The notes: generated from the sequence alone by a model not told the origin. Counted from the first letter of the stretch, positions 52,079 to 63,939 are shown. The stretch is 64,000 bases of DNA from Nostoc sp. (GCA_036918135.1 JBALDB010000005.1:32001-96000), one strand, 5' to 3'. Numbers and translations are program-made.

Positions 52079-52365
52079 TATCACAAGCCCGTCTTTGCTT
52101 GCAGAAACGGGCTGTGGCTATATTTGTTGTTATAAAAAATCCGGTTTTAGTGCGTGAAAAATCTAATACCAATTCAATTAATGATTGCAACACATTGTTG
52201 GTTTAAGACGCGATGAATCACATCTCTACAATATGGTCTATTTGGTAAAAATATAGCGTTTCTCGATTGGATGCAATACGATTTGCAGAAAATTTTTTGA
52301 TAATAAATGATAGATAACAAAAATGCCTTGTAGAGACGGCGATTTATCGCGTCTCTCTTGTTAGT

Positions 52366-52497
52366 TCACAACACAAGTCCGTTTGTCCACAACACAAGTC
52401 CGTTTGTCCACAACACAAGTCCATTCATCCACAACACAAGTCCGTTCGTCCACAATGCAAGTCCATTCGTCCACAACGCAAGTCCGTTCTCAACCAT
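52366..52497. repeat. Tandem 21-bp repeat, ~6 copies (CACAACACAAGTCCGTTTGTC)
   Basis: Directly visible; the minus strand reads ATG to TGA as MVENGLALWTNGLALWTNGLVLWMNGLVLWTNGLVLWTNGLVL. Confidence 0.9.
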
Positions 52498-52639
52498 TTA
52501 TTCTCTTGCGTCGTGTAATTACTGGACTATTAATATAATTTTATTTAAAAAATATATTATTTTTGTAATTTTTACTGAACCGCTACATTGTCCCATTAAG
52601 ACACTTTAGAAAGATAGGTTTAGTAAAAAGTATCCATTG

Positions 52640-53032
52640 ATGACACGCAAAAAAAGAAGCTCTACCATTTTAGAAAAAACTGAACAGAAATTAATTGGAT
52701 TGAAATCGATTAATTCCAGCCTTGATTTTGGTGATTCCATCAGTTTAAACCATTTAACCGAATTAACCGGGCAACTCCGTAACGAGATTGACCAGTATAA
52801 TATAAAGCTAACTGACCTTGACACAGCAAAGGGAAAAATAGAAACCCTTGAAAAGGCCATTGGCGAAACATCAGAACGCTTAGTTAGTGGTGTGGTGTCG
52901 AGGTATGGCAAAGACAGCCGGGAATATGAAATGGCAGGCGGAGTACGCAAAAGCGACCGCATTCGTAAAGCCACCATTACGCGGATAAAATCCACCGCAG
53001 AGTTAAAAGCCGCTTCGACACAAACCGTGTAA
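52640..53032 (+). CDS. Conserved hypothetical helical protein with YGKDSREYEMAGGVRKS motif
   Basis: Intact ORF, basic N-terminus, coiled-coil middle; hairpin at 53046-53070 downstream. Confidence 0.8.
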   Translation: MTRKKRSSTILEKTEQKLIGLKSINSSLDFGDSISLNHLTELTGQLRNEIDQYNIKLTDLDTAKGKIETLEKAIGETSERLVSGVVSRYGKDSREYEMAGGVRKSDRIRKATITRIKSTAELKAASTQTV

Positions 53033-53116
53033 CAACCAACAAATAGGCATCATTTACAGTCAATGATGCCCATGTTAGTGTCTTTAATTTTGAATTTTGA
53101 ATTCTTAACCCCTGTT

Positions 53117-53704
53117 TTACTCCTCAATCAACTCAAAATCAATTCGTTCATAAATATCCCGCAAGCTCATTTGAAAATCAATAGAATCTAAGAGTAAAAC
53201 AGCCTCTTCACCTTCATATTCCTTAAAAATCCATTGCCCTTCTGTTTGCTTGGCAAATTGTTCCACTGCGAAACTATACTGGTCAATCATAATATATTCT
53301 TGAAAACCAGCAATTGAACGATAATATTTAAATTTGTCTGTTTTATTATAATTTATAGTTGAATTTGATAAAACTTCAACAATTAACAAAGGATTAGTAA
53401 TAATTGTTGTACCTGTTCCCTCATAAATAGGCTTACCTTTGACCACCATAACATCAGGATAAGTATAAATGCGATAACGAGGTATTACTAATTTCACATC
53501 GCCTATATATATGTCATAATTTTGTCCTTGTACTGTCAAGGGAAATTTTTTGTAAAAATTACCTGCAATTTTATTGTGATTAGTTGTTCCCCCCGCTATA
53601 GGTATAATTTCTCCATCTCTGTATTCATTTTTATATTCAGCTTTTTCTTCTAATTCCAAATATTCTTCTAGGGTGTAGGAACGTTTATCTGTTTGTAAAA
53701 CCAT
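53117..53704 (-). CDS. Uma2-family (DUF820) endonuclease
   Basis: YTLEEYL, EYRDGEI, YPDVMVV, LIVEVLSNST, KFKYYRSI. Confidence 0.9.
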   Translation of the reverse strand: MVLQTDKRSYTLEEYLELEEKAEYKNEYRDGEIIPIAGGTTNHNKIAGNFYKKFPLTVQGQNYDIYIGDVKLVIPRYRIYTYPDVMVVKGKPIYEGTGTTIITNPLLIVEVLSNSTINYNKTDKFKYYRSIAGFQEYIMIDQYSFAVEQFAKQTEGQWIFKEYEGEEAVLLLDSIDFQMSLRDIYERIDFELIEE

Positions 53705-53934
53705 ATTAATTAACTCGCAAAATGTGGCAATTGGTGTATTATCAATAGCGTAACGCACCCTTGTCTATTAAACGAAGTGGTAAACCTTAGAGACTTCGTT
53801 ATTATTCCATTAAATCATCTGCTGTAGGCTCACCTGGATAAAAGCGATCGCTTAAAATTCGTAATGATATTTCAGATAGAATTTTAATTCCTATCTGAAA
53901 CAGAACTACCTCCATAAACCCTAGATACAAACCC

Positions 53935-54063
53935 TCAGGACTTACGCAAAGGTGACATATTTCTGTCATTGCGAGCGAAGCGAAGCAATCTCATCAAGAC
54001 TAGGATTGCTTCACTACACTGCGTTTCGTCTGCAATGACCAATTATCGCTGCGTAAGTCCTGA
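53935..54063. mobile_element. MITE with 14-bp perfect terminal inverted repeats and internal palindrome
   Basis: TCAGGACTTACGCA...TGCGTAAGTCCTGA; inner GTCATTGCGAGCGAAGCGAAGCAATC...GATTGCTTC...GCAATGAC. Confidence 0.7.
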
Positions 54064-54087
54064 CCCTTTTTAATTACGAATTACGAA

Positions 54088-55197
54088 TTAAAAAGTCACT
54101 ACACTCCGAATTGATTCACCTTTATGCATCAATTCAAAAGCATCATTAATTTGTTCAATGGGCATCACATGGGTAATTAAATCATCAATATTTATCTTAC
54201 CTTCCATATACCAATCAACAATTTTTGGCACATCAGTACGACCTTTTGCACCACCGAATGCCGTACCTTTCCAAACCCGTCCTGTTACTAATTGAAAAGG
54301 ACGAGTACTAATTTCTTCTCCAGCACCAGCGACACCAATAATTACACTCACACCCCAACCTTTGTGGCAGCATTCTAATGCTTGACGCATTATTTTTACA
54401 TTACCAATACATTCAAAACTGTAATCAGCACCGCCTTTTGTTAAATCAACCAAATAGGCAACTAAATCACCCTCTACTTCTTGGGGATTAACAAAGTGCG
54501 TCATGCCAAACTTTTCTGCTAAAGCGCGTTTGCTGGAATTAATATCCACCCCGACAATCATGTTTGCTCCCACCATCCGCGCCCCTTGGATGACATTTAA
54601 ACCAATACCACCCAAACCGAAAACCACCACATTTGCCCCAGGTTCCACCTTGGCTGTATTAATGACTGCACCAATACCAGTAGTCACACCACAGCCAATG
54701 TAACAAACCTTCTCAAACGGCGCATCTTCGCGGATTTTTGCTAAGGCAATTTCCGGCACTACTGTATAATTCGCAAAAGTAGATGTACCCATGTAATGAT
54801 GAATCATCTGCCCATCGATACTAAAGCGACTAGTGCCATCGGGCATAACACCGCGTGCTTGAGTTTGGCGAATAGCTTGACAGAGATTAGTTTTGAAGCT
54901 CAAACAGTATTCGCACTGACGGCATTCGGGGGTATATAAAGGAATTACACGATCCCCTGGTTTGAGACTGGTGACACCAGCGCCTACCTCAACCACCACA
55001 CCAGCACCTTCATGTCCCAAAATTGCCGGAAACAAACCTTCGGGGTCAACACCAGAAAGAGTATAGGCGTCGGTATGACAAATCCCAGTGGCTTTAATCT
55101 CGACTAATACTTCCCCAGGTTTTGGCCCAGATAGTTCAACGGTTTCAATAGTCAACGGCTTACCTGCGCTGTAAGCTACTGCTGCTTTAACTTGCAA
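54088..55197 (-). CDS. frmA: S-(hydroxymethyl)glutathione dehydrogenase / class III alcohol dehydrogenase
   Basis: [49 protein letters not shown] start at 55197 after an AGGAGG RBS. Confidence 0.95.
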   Translation of the reverse strand: MQVKAAVAYSAGKPLTIETVELSGPKPGEVLVEIKATGICHTDAYTLSGVDPEGLFPAILGHEGAGVVVEVGAGVTSLKPGDRVIPLYTPECRQCEYCLSFKTNLCQAIRQTQARGVMPDGTSRFSIDGQMIHHYMGTSTFANYTVVPEIALAKIREDAPFEKVCYIGCGVTTGIGAVINTAKVEPGANVVVFGLGGIGLNVIQGARMVGANMIVGVDINSSKRALAEKFGMTHFVNPQEVEGDLVAYLVDLTKGGADYSFECIGNVKIMRQALECCHKGWGVSVIIGVAGAGEEISTRPFQLVTGRVWKGTAFGGAKGRTDVPKIVDWYMEGKINIDDLITHVMPIEQINDAFELMHKGESIRSVVTF

Positions 55198-55249
55198 CGT
55201 CAGCCCTCCTGTATTGTTTATCAATCAACTTATAATTTGAGTTTATATC

Positions 55250-55425
55250 GGGGGATGGGGACTGGGGACTAGGCAAACAGGAAGTGTGGGAGGTGTGGAA
55301 AGTGTGGGAGGTGTGGGAGGATGGGGAAGAAATCTTGCCCCCTCTCTCCCCATACTTCCCCATCCCCCCTCTCTCCCCACACTCCCCACACTCCCTCATC
55401 CCCCCTCATCTTCCCCAATCCCCAG
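55250..55425. repeat. G-rich/C-rich short tandem repeat block forming an imperfect hairpin
   Basis: (GGGGACT)n and (GTGTGGGAG)n followed by complementary (CTCCCCACA)n and CCCCAGT. Confidence 0.7.
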
Positions 55426-55578
55426 TCACTAATTTCCTTAAAACTTTGTAAAAATACCATTCTCTAGCTAGATTGGTTAAAGGCGGTAACAGTTATTTTG
55501 GTAACGATGTAAACTTGATGTCAGTACCAAACCCCAAGTAATTTGTCCACCCTCAATTAATAAATTTTGTCACAGCTT

Positions 55579-56862
55579 ATGAACCCTGCCCTAACACAAA
55601 TTGGCGCTCAAATGTCCAACCTGACTGGCGTCAGAGCAATCATGAAGGATATTATCGAAACATTACGAGCCGATTCAGGGCAGCAGTTTATTAATTTGAG
55701 TGCTGGTAACCCGCTGATTTTACCGGAGGTAGAACAGTTGTGGCGGGATTGCACTGCACAGCTTTTAGCTAGTCCAGAATATGGTGAGGTAGTTTGTCGC
55801 TACGGGTCAAGCCAAGGCTATGCACCATTAATTGAAGCGATCGCCAACGACTTTAATAAACGCTACGGGTTAAAATTAACCGATCGCAATATCTTTATCA
55901 CCCCCGGCAGTCAAACCCTCTATTTCTATGCTGCTAATGTATTTGGCGGCTACACTAGCAGCGGTCAGTTAAAACAAATCGTTTTGCCTCTGAGTCCTGA
56001 CTACACTGGTTATGGCGGTATCTGCTTGGAGCCAAAAGCCTTAGTCGCCTACAAACCAACTCTCGATATTGATGCAGCTGCTCACCGATTCAAATATCGC
56101 CCAGACTTCAGCCAACTATCGATTACTGAAAACACAGGTTGTGTCATCTTCTCCCGCCCCTGTAACCCCACTGGTAACGTCCTCAGTGACGATGAGGTGA
56201 AAAAGATTGCCGCCCTCACCTCGCCTTACAATCTGCCAATGCTAATTGACTCGGCTTACGCGCCTCCCTTCCCGTCATTGAACTTTACCGAAATGACCCC
56301 GGTGTTTGGCGATAATATTCTTCATTGCATGAGTTTATCGAAAGCAGGATTACCAGGAGAAAGAATTGGTATTGCCGTTGGGCATGAAAAGTGGATTGAG
56401 GTGCTAGAGTGTTTCCAGGCAAACGCAAGTCTGCATTCTTCACGTTATGGTCAAGCGATCGCAGCTCTGGCAATCAATTCTGGTGCTTTAGTAGAAATTT
56501 CTCAAACCGTGATTCGTCCCTTCTACCAAAATAAATTTACCGTTTTAGAAACCAGCTTAGAACAAGCAATGCCCAAGAATTTACCTTGGTTTCTCCATCG
56601 CGGTGAAGGAGCAATTTTTGCTTGGTTGTGGTTAGAAAATTTACCTATCACTGACTGGGAATTTTACCAACAACTCAAGCAAGTCGGTGTAATTATTGTA
56701 CCTGGAAGTAGCTTCTTCCCTGGTTTAGACGAAGAGTGGGCGCACAAGCACCAATGTTTCCGTATCAGCCTCACAGGCAGCGATGAAGAAATTGTCACTG
56801 CTATGCAACGTTTAGCTAAAGTAGCCGAAGAAGCTTATCAGCGTGCGGCTGTGAGTGTGTGA
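55579..56862 (+). CDS. avtA: Valine-pyruvate aminotransferase
   Basis: NLSAGNP, SRPCNPTGNV, IDSAYAPPFP, SLSKAGLPGERIG. Confidence 0.9.
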   Translation: MNPALTQIGAQMSNLTGVRAIMKDIIETLRADSGQQFINLSAGNPLILPEVEQLWRDCTAQLLASPEYGEVVCRYGSSQGYAPLIEAIANDFNKRYGLKLTDRNIFITPGSQTLYFYAANVFGGYTSSGQLKQIVLPLSPDYTGYGGICLEPKALVAYKPTLDIDAAAHRFKYRPDFSQLSITENTGCVIFSRPCNPTGNVLSDDEVKKIAALTSPYNLPMLIDSAYAPPFPSLNFTEMTPVFGDNILHCMSLSKAGLPGERIGIAVGHEKWIEVLECFQANASLHSSRYGQAIAALAINSGALVEISQTVIRPFYQNKFTVLETSLEQAMPKNLPWFLHRGEGAIFAWLWLENLPITDWEFYQQLKQVGVIIVPGSSFFPGLDEEWAHKHQCFRISLTGSDEEIVTAMQRLAKVAEEAYQRAAVSV

Positions 56863-56909
56863 GCGGGAAAATGGGGAGATAGGGGAGAAAAACTGATGAC
56901 TAATGACTA

Positions 56910-57497
56910 ATGACTAGTGACAAATCCGATGATTGGTTAGAAATTGGTAAGATTGTTGCACCTCAAGGATTGTCTGGGGAAGTACGAGTTTATCCTGACT
57001 CCGACTTCCCCGAACGATTTGAAGTACCGGGAAAACGTTGGTTGTTGCGTCCTGGTGACACAGAACCGCAACCAATAGAATTATTGGCAGGACGTTATAT
57101 CAGTAACAAAAACTTGTATGTTATCAAACTAGCTGGTATAGAAAATTGCAATCAGGCAGAAGCGTTGCGCGGTTGTAAGTTAATGGTGCTAGCGAGCGAT
57201 CGCCCCCAGTTAGGCGAAAATGAATATCATGTCCTCGATTTAATTGGTTTGCAAGTCTTTATGCAAGTATCTGGCGAACTCGTCGGTACGGTAGTAGATA
57301 TCATCCCTGCCGGCAATGATTTGTTAGAAGTAGAATTGCACCCATCTTTTACCACTGACAAAGGACAAATGACAAAAGACAAAGGACAAAAGACTGTTTT
57401 GATTCCTTTTGTAGAAGCGATCGCTCCAGTGGTAGACTTGCAATCTGGTCGCATTGAAATTACCCCACCACTTGGATTATTAGAAATTAATAATTAG
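56910..57497 (+). CDS. rimM: Ribosome maturation factor RimM
   Basis: [48 protein letters not shown]. Confidence 0.95.
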   Translation: MTSDKSDDWLEIGKIVAPQGLSGEVRVYPDSDFPERFEVPGKRWLLRPGDTEPQPIELLAGRYISNKNLYVIKLAGIENCNQAEALRGCKLMVLASDRPQLGENEYHVLDLIGLQVFMQVSGELVGTVVDIIPAGNDLLEVELHPSFTTDKGQMTKDKGQKTVLIPFVEAIAPVVDLQSGRIEITPPLGLLEINN

Positions 57498-57617
57498 GTT
57501 GTCCCTGAATCTACCTCCAGGTAGTTTCACTGAACAGAATACTTTAACTAGAAGCAAAGCTTAAGGTATGAGAAAATCAGAATACACACTCTATTTATTA
57601 ATTTAGGAAATTCGGCA

Positions 57618-57871
57618 ATGCCAGAAAAACTAACAGTAACTATTCACAAACAACTGCTGGAAATATTGTCCCAATTGCCTTTATCTTCTCAAAAAGAAGT
57701 ATTATATTTTGCTATCTCTCTTCAGAAAAAAAACTAATTCAGCAATGGGATACTATTTCTGATATTGAGGCTGCTGCACTGAAAACTGAGTTTGCTAATG
57801 AAGATTTAGCTTTTGCAGAATCTGTTTTAACTGATTATCTCCCCCAACTTCAGCAAGAGGATGCAGTTTGA
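57618..57871 (+). pseudogene. Putative antitoxin frameshifted in an A8 run
   Basis: MPEKLTVTIHKQLLEILSQLPLSSQKEVLYFAISLQKK then shifts frame to LIQQWDTISD...QQEDAV*; TGA overlaps the toxin ATG. Confidence 0.65.
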
Positions 57872-58218
57872 TGCGAGGAGATGTTTATTTAGCTGATTTG
57901 AATCCGAGTCGAGGTTCAGAGCAAGCAGGTATCCGACCAGTCATTCTTGTTCAGCGAGATAGAATATCTCAATTTACAACAACATCTGTAGTAGTTCCTT
58001 TAACTACTAATCTGCGACGCACTACTATACCACGGACAATTGTCTTCCCTTCAGGTGAAGGTGGTTTAACGCAAGAGTCAGTGGCGCTTTCTTATCAAAT
58101 TGTTGTTATCGATAGCCAGCGATTAATCAGAAAATTAGGAACTCTTTCTCCTAATTATTTATTAATGCTAAAAGTAGCATCACAGTACACTTTAGAACTA
58201 GATGATTATGATGAATAA
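57871..58218 (+). CDS. mazF: MazF/PemK-family toxin
   Basis: MRGDVYLADLNPSRGSEQAGIRPVILVQ, VVPLTT. Confidence 0.88.
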   Translation: MRGDVYLADLNPSRGSEQAGIRPVILVQRDRISQFTTTSVVVPLTTNLRRTTIPRTIVFPSGEGGLTQESVALSYQIVVIDSQRLIRKLGTLSPNYLLMLKVASQYTLELDDYDE

Positions 58219-58542
58219 AATGCATATATATAGGAGTCCGATTTGATTTATGAAAAAATTTAAGTATCTGTAAGGTCTGTTATGACGTAGCCTAACGCAC
58301 CTAAATCGTCAACTGGTGTGTTAGCCTTTGGCGTAACGTACCCTACGTGTATTTTAGAAATAAAATATGAGTTTTATATAATATGAATCAACAGCGAATG
58401 CTCTCCATCCGTGCCCAAAGCCAAGCAATTTAGCTACAAAGGCTAGAAAAATTCATCATGGGTTAGATGGCCATCATCTGGGAAACAAGTAAAATTACTT
58501 ACTGATGAATCCGTCAAAATCCTTTTGTAATGGAGTGTCGAA

Positions 58543-60924
58543 ATGACATTAGCAACGCCTCCACAAACAAAGCCTTTAACAGATGAAGAATTACGGAAGA
58601 TTAACGCCTACTGGCGTGCAGCTAATTATCTTTCTGTCGGGCAAATATATCTCCTCGACAATCCGCTACTGAGAGAACCGCTAAAAATAGAACACGTTAA
58701 ACCCAGGCTTTTGGGTCACTGGGGAACAACACCAGGGCTGAACTTCATTTATGTTCACCTAAATCGGGTTATCAAAAAATATGACCTCAACACGATCTAC
58801 ATTGCTGGGCCTGGTCATGGAGGCCCCGGACTGGTAGCCAACACCTACCTAGAAGGCACTTACAGCAAGTACTACCAGAACATCTCCCAAGATGCTGAGG
58901 GAATGCAGAAACTCTTCAAACAATTCTCTTTCCCTGGTGGTATTCCCAGCCACGTCGCACCGGAAACTCCTGGTTCTATCCACGAAGGTGGGGAACTAGG
59001 TTATGCCCTTGTCCATGCTTACGGTGCTGCATTTGATAACCCAGACTTGATTGTTGCTGCTGTTGTTGGTGATGGAGAAGCCGAAACTGGTGCTTTAGCT
59101 ACTAGCTGGCACTCCAACAAGTTTCTTGACCCCGTGCGTGATGGTGCGGTACTGCCAATTCTACATCTGAATGGATATAAAATTGCCAATCCAACAGTAC
59201 TAGCACGGATCAGCCATGAAGAATTGGAGAGTTTATTTGTAGGCTACGGCTATAAACCATACTTTGTAGAAGGTGACAATCCTGCAGATGTTCACCAACA
59301 AATGGCGACGACTCTAGATACAGTCATCGCCGAAATTCAAAGTATCCAAAGAGAAGCCCGCGTACATGGTTTCACCGAACGCCCCCAGTGGCCGATGATT
59401 ATCATGCGAACCCCCAAAGGTTGGACAGGGCCCAAGGAAGTGGATGGCAAAAAAACCGAAGGTTATTGGCGATCGCACCAAGTTCCCTTTGGCAACATAG
59501 GCAAACAGCCACAACACCTGAAACTTCTACAAGATTGGATGAAGAGTTATAAACCAGAAGAACTCTTCGACAGCAATGGTAAGCTGATTGAGGAACTAGC
59601 AGAACTAGCTCCCAAAGGACATCGCCGCATGGGTGACAATCCCCATGCCAACGGTGGTATCTTACTGTGCGACCTGAAGATGCCGGATTTTCGAGACTAT
59701 GCCGTAGATGTTCCCGAACCAGGTAAAGCGATCGCCGAAGCGACCAAAGTTGCTGCAAGACTTCTGCGGGATATTATGCAACTTAACGAAGAAACACGCA
59801 ATTTCCGCATCTTCGGCCCAGATGAAACGGTATCCAATCGTCTGGATGCTGTGCTTGAGGTCACAAACCGGACTTGGGTAGCCGAGATTCTCTCAGAAGA
59901 TGACCATCTTTCCCCCGACGGTCGGGTGATGGAAGTCCTCAGCGAAACTTCTTGTCAAGGATGGTTAGAAGGCTACCTGCTCACAGGTCGCCACGGCTTT
60001 TTCTCCTGTTATGAGGCATTCATCCACATCATTGACTCCATGTTCAACCAACACGCCAAATGGTTGAAAACTACCAGACACATTCCCTGGCGTAGACCAA
60101 TTGCTTCGCTCAATTACCTCCTTTCCTCTCACGTTTGGCGACAAGACCACAACGGTTTTTCTCACCAAGACCCCGGTTTTATCGACCATGTGGTTAATAA
60201 GAAAGCAGAAATCGTTCGCGTATATTTGCCCCCGGATGCCAATACTCTGCTATCCGTAACCGACCATTGCTTGAGAAGCCGCAACTATGTCAACGTCATT
60301 GTTGCTGGAAAGCAACCAGCCTTGCAATACCTCAACATGGATGCTGCTATCAAGCACTGCACTAAAGGCATCAGTATTTGGGAATGGGCAAGCAACGACC
60401 AAGGCGGGGAACCAGATGTAGTGATGGCTTGTGCTGGAGATATTCCTACCTTAGAAACCTTAGCGGCTGTGGACATTCTGCGCCAGCACTTCCCTGATTT
60501 AAAGGTGCGAGTAGTGAACGTAGTTGATTTGATGACACTACAGCCAAAAAGCGAACATCCTCACGGTTTGAGCGAAAAAGATTTTGACACAATTTTCACC
60601 ACCGATAAACACATTATCTTTGCGTTTCATGGCTATCCTTGGTTGATTCATCGCCTTACCTATCGCCACACCAACCATGAGCAGCTGCATGTACGTGGTT
60701 ACAAGGAAGAAGGAACTACTACCACCCCCTTTGATATGGTTGTTCTTAACGAACTCGACCGCTTCCATTTAGTGATGGACGTAATTGAGCGGGTACCACA
60801 ATTAGGATACAGGGCAGCTTATGTCAAGCAGCACTTGCAAGATAAGCTAATCGAACACAAGCAATACATCCAGAAGTACGGCGACGATATGCCGGAAATT
60901 CGTGACTGGAAGTGGCCGTATTAA
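58543..60924 (+). CDS. xfp: Phosphoketolase (xylulose-5P/fructose-6P)
   Basis: [40 protein letters not shown]. Confidence 0.96.
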   Translation: MTLATPPQTKPLTDEELRKINAYWRAANYLSVGQIYLLDNPLLREPLKIEHVKPRLLGHWGTTPGLNFIYVHLNRVIKKYDLNTIYIAGPGHGGPGLVANTYLEGTYSKYYQNISQDAEGMQKLFKQFSFPGGIPSHVAPETPGSIHEGGELGYALVHAYGAAFDNPDLIVAAVVGDGEAETGALATSWHSNKFLDPVRDGAVLPILHLNGYKIANPTVLARISHEELESLFVGYGYKPYFVEGDNPADVHQQMATTLDTVIAEIQSIQREARVHGFTERPQWPMIIMRTPKGWTGPKEVDGKKTEGYWRSHQVPFGNIGKQPQHLKLLQDWMKSYKPEELFDSNGKLIEELAELAPKGHRRMGDNPHANGGILLCDLKMPDFRDYAVDVPEPGKAIAEATKVAARLLRDIMQLNEETRNFRIFGPDETVSNRLDAVLEVTNRTWVAEILSEDDHLSPDGRVMEVLSETSCQGWLEGYLLTGRHGFFSCYEAFIHIIDSMFNQHAKWLKTTRHIPWRRPIASLNYLLSSHVWRQDHNGFSHQDPGFIDHVVNKKAEIVRVYLPPDANTLLSVTDHCLRSRNYVNVIVAGKQPALQYLNMDAAIKHCTKGISIWEWASNDQGGEPDVVMACAGDIPTLETLAAVDILRQHFPDLKVRVVNVVDLMTLQPKSEHPHGLSEKDFDTIFTTDKHIIFAFHGYPWLIHRLTYRHTNHEQLHVRGYKEEGTTTTPFDMVVLNELDRFHLVMDVIERVPQLGYRAAYVKQHLQDKLIEHKQYIQKYGDDMPEIRDWKWPY

Positions 60925-61125
60925 GAGCAAACAAGGGAGACAAGGTAAAATTTTCTTTCTTGTCTTCCTATGTGCTTTGTTTCATTTTTTGGACAAGTAT
61001 AGCAGGAGGCAGAGGGCAGTTCTTGCTGAGGGCAGGAGGTAGAAACTCTTTATATCTGATAAATCAGTCCTGCATTTTGTACCTCACTTACTTGCAATCT
61101 GCTGTAATTTATTTCTTAAAATTCC

Positions 61126-61899
61126 CTAACCGAAATTACTGCTGCCACCGACTTGAGTTGCTCCTTCAGATGCAGGGGGGTGATAAGTCATAGATTGTAA
61201 CCCCAAGCGACCAGGGCCAATAAAGCGGTTAAGCGTAAATGAAATGCCACCCAGCATCACCCCAATTGCTCCTAAGAAGCCGCCACTAGATTGCAAGGCG
61301 GTCACCGTCTCCATCTTGACTGATGAGTCTTTCCATAGCCATGCTCCTGGTTCTACATCCAACACCTCTCCAGGAGCAAGGTACTTTTCAAAAACATTGC
61401 CGTAACCGTGGATTAGAAGCAGCCCCCCTTGTTGCTGTCCGATGAAGCGATCGATAAATAATCCACCACTACGGCTAAAAAAGAGGTTCGCCAGTCCTCG
61501 CTGGAAAAAGAAACTGTACTCAATATTACTGGTAGCTAGCAAAAACTGGTGTTCGCGTACATCCACTGTCTGTCCGCGCTCTAATTGCAACACTACAATC
61601 TGTCCTGGTGCCTCACGAGAGAAAGCGATATTTCCTGGGCCGTGTGCTTCACTGATGAAAATTTGCAGTCCAGCAAAGAAACGCTTGGCTGCCCCTTTTA
61701 AACCTTTGACACCAAGACGAACATTGGGATGTTTCCACAGTAAAATATGATGTTCAAAGTAAATTGATTGCTGTTGCCCTAAATGGACATCTACTACAGG
61801 TACTACTTCTCCTTCGATTCTTAAACTTAAGTCACCTGAATGAAAGGTTTGTTGGGGATTTCTCAATTCTGGTATCAGTTCACTATTAAAGTCAGACAT
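61126..61899 (-). CDS. AIM24-family protein
   Basis: GPGNIAFS..PGQI, GLFIDRFIG, HGYGNVFEK, GPGRLGLQSM. Confidence 0.8.
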   Translation of the reverse strand: MSDFNSELIPELRNPQQTFHSGDLSLRIEGEVVPVVDVHLGQQQSIYFEHHILLWKHPNVRLGVKGLKGAAKRFFAGLQIFISEAHGPGNIAFSREAPGQIVVLQLERGQTVDVREHQFLLATSNIEYSFFFQRGLANLFFSRSGGLFIDRFIGQQQGGLLLIHGYGNVFEKYLAPGEVLDVEPGAWLWKDSSVKMETVTALQSSGGFLGAIGVMLGGISFTLNRFIGPGRLGLQSMTYHPPASEGATQVGGSSNFG

Positions 61900-62045
61900 A
61901 GTATCATCTCGCTAATAGTTTTTAGGAAAATTACTGAGTTTATTATATATAGCAACATCATTAACAGGATTACCACAGACGCTATAGAACTTGTTATCGA
62001 GTAGGTTTTGATGGTTGCAATAGGGACAGAAATTTGTTGTTGCAG

Positions 62046-62059
62046 GTATATTAACTTAC
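62046..62059. promoter_or_regulatory. Possible NtcA box between the divergent AIM24 and DUF1565 genes
   Basis: GTATATTAACTTAC fits GTA-N8-TAC; no clean -10 box at the canonical spacing. Confidence 0.25.
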
Positions 62060-62207
62060 AATTATTTTTCTTACCTTCTTTCTAACAGTCGTATTTGCAT
62101 AATTTTTTAACTTTGCACTAAAACTACTTCAATCTACTTAATGCATCAAATGCTACCTACTTTCATGGTTAGCGTTAGGATAGCTATGTGTTTTTTGAAG
62201 TATAAAT

Positions 62208-63869
62208 ATGGTTCAAACTTTTTACGTAAATCCAGTAGCAGGCAGTGATACCAACTCTGGTAGCCAACAAGCCCCATTCAAAACTATTACCCAAGCCTTG
62301 AAGGTAGCTAAAGTAGATACTAAAATTCAACTAGCAGATGGTAGTTACAATGCTGCTAGCGGTGAAGTCTTTCCGCTAACGATTCCATCTGGGGTGACAG
62401 TGGTGGGTAATGAAGCCAACAAAGGTAATGGCATTTTGATTGAAGGGAGTGGTAATTATCTGAGTCGGACTTTTGCTGGTCAAAATGTTACCTTTGTACT
62501 GTTAGATAAAGCGGAACTTCGGGGAGTAACTGTAACAAATTTAGCTACCCGTGGTAGTGGTGTCTGGGTCGAATCAACTGCCCCTACTGTTGCTAATAGT
62601 ACGTTCACTCAATGTAAGCGCGAGGGAGTATTTGCTACAGGCGATGCTAACCCAGTTATTCTAGGTAATGTGTTCAGTGAGAATGCAGCCAATGGAATTG
62701 CGATCGCTAAAAATTCCCAAGGTCAAATTCAAGGAAATACTTTCTTCAAAACAGGTTTTGGCATTGCCATTAGTGATACTGCATCACCCATACTTCGAGA
62801 TAACAAAATTTCTCAAAACCGTTCTGGAATAGTCATCTCTGGTAGTGCCCGTCCGGTGTTGCGTAATAATCTGAGTGAAAATAACACTGATGATGGTCTA
62901 ACTATAATTGCAAGTGCTTTACCGGATATCGGTACTATCAATAATCCAGGGGGTAACACTCTACGCAATAACGGTAAATTTGATTTGCAAAATGCCAGTT
63001 CCAACAAGCTGGTTTCTGTAGGAAATACAATAGATCCCACTAAAGTTACTGGAAAGGTAGAATTTGCAGATAGTTCGGTTCCTACACCGACACCAACGCC
63101 AACACCAACTCCCACGCCAACTCCAACACCAACTCCCACGCCAACACCAACTCCAACTCCAACGCCAACTCCAACTCCAACACCTACGCCAACTCCAACT
63201 CCAACACCTACGCCAACTCCAACTCCAACACCTACGCCAACTCCCACTCCTACGCCAACCCCAACACCAACTCCAACTCCCACGCCTACTATTGAATTAA
63301 CTGATATTACTAATCATTGGGCAGGTACATTTATTCGGGAATTAGTCAAATTGGGGATAGTAAACGGTTTCCCCGATCGCACATTTAAACCTGATGCTAC
63401 AATGACACGGGCGCAATACGCAGCATTACTAGTAAAAGCTTTCAACCCATCGCCAAACCGCCCAGTTACCAAATTTAAAGATGTACCAGCAGATTTCTGG
63501 GCATCTAAGGTAATTCAACAAGCATATCAAGGTTTATTTCTCTCTGGTTTTCCGGACAATACTTTTGGCCCCAACAAAAATATCCAGCGCGTGCAAGTGA
63601 TTGTCTCTCTGGTGAATGGATTGGGATTATCTGGTAATGGTACAGCAACCGTCAAAACTTTTGATGACCAAGCAAAGATTCCTGATTACGCTAAGGATGA
63701 AGTCATTAAGGCTATTCAAAAAGAGATTATCGTTAATTACCCTAATCTCAAACAACTCAATCCTACCCGTGATGCAACGCGTGCTGAGGTAGCTGTAATG
63801 GTATACCAAGCTTTGGTAGATGCTGGTCGTCTAGTAGCGATTGACTCACCTTATATTGTGGCTGCGTAA
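62208..63869 (+). CDS. DUF1565 beta-helix protein with (PT)n linker and SLH domains
   Basis: [26 protein letters not shown], beta-helix repeats, long PT run, [20 protein letters not shown] motifs. Confidence 0.9.
   Translation: MVQTFYVNPVAGSDTNSGSQQAPFKTITQALKVAKVDTKIQLADGSYNAASGEVFPLTIPSGVTVVGNEANKGNGILIEGSGNYLSRTFAGQNVTFVLLDKAELRGVTVTNLATRGSGVWVESTAPTVANSTFTQCKREGVFATGDANPVILGNVFSENAANGIAIAKNSQGQIQGNTFFKTGFGIAISDTASPILRDNKISQNRSGIVISGSARPVLRNNLSENNTDDGLTIIASALPDIGTINNPGGNTLRNNGKFDLQNASSNKLVSVGNTIDPTKVTGKVEFADSSVPTPTPTPTPTPTPTPTPTPTPTPTPTPTPTPTPTPTPTPTPTPTPTPTPTPTPTPTPTPTPTPTPTPTPTIELTDITNHWAGTFIRELVKLGIVNGFPDRTFKPDATMTRAQYAALLVKAFNPSPNRPVTKFKDVPADFWASKVIQQAYQGLFLSGFPDNTFGPNKNIQRVQVIVSLVNGLGLSGNGTATVKTFDDQAKIPDYAKDEVIKAIQKEIIVNYPNLKQLNPTRDATRAEVAVMVYQALVDAGRLVAIDSPYIVAA
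63081..63290 (+). repeat. Pro-Thr coding hexamer repeat
   Basis: (CCAACN)n, about 35 PT units. Confidence 0.9.
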
Positions 63870-63911
63870 ACTGGTTTGTTTTGCAAAATCTTTGCAGCAT
63901 ATCAATTAATT

Positions 63912-63939
63912 GTAGAGGCGCACAACTGTACGCCCCTAC
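63912..63939. repeat. GTAG-type REP-like palindrome (similar ones at ~29096, ~52330, ~52205, ~48505)
   Basis: GTAGAGGCGCACAACTGTACGCCCCTAC; GTAGGGGCACACACCTGTGTGCCCC; GTAGAGACGGCGATTTATCGCGTCTCT. Confidence 0.55.

Noticed and set aside
52366..52497. 21-bp array as a CRISPR array
   Set aside because: Repeats are directly adjacent with no unique spacers and no cas genes are present.
55187..55460. G/E/H/P-rich short ORFs between frmA and avtA
   Set aside because: Translations of short tandem repeats.
58489..58502. GTA-N8-TAC upstream of xfp as an NtcA site
   Set aside because: No TAN3T box at the expected spacing; such matches arise often by chance in AT-rich DNA.
62813..63300. (GV)n and Q/L/H-rich ORFs
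   Set aside because: Alternative-frame and antisense shadows of the Pro-Thr linker.
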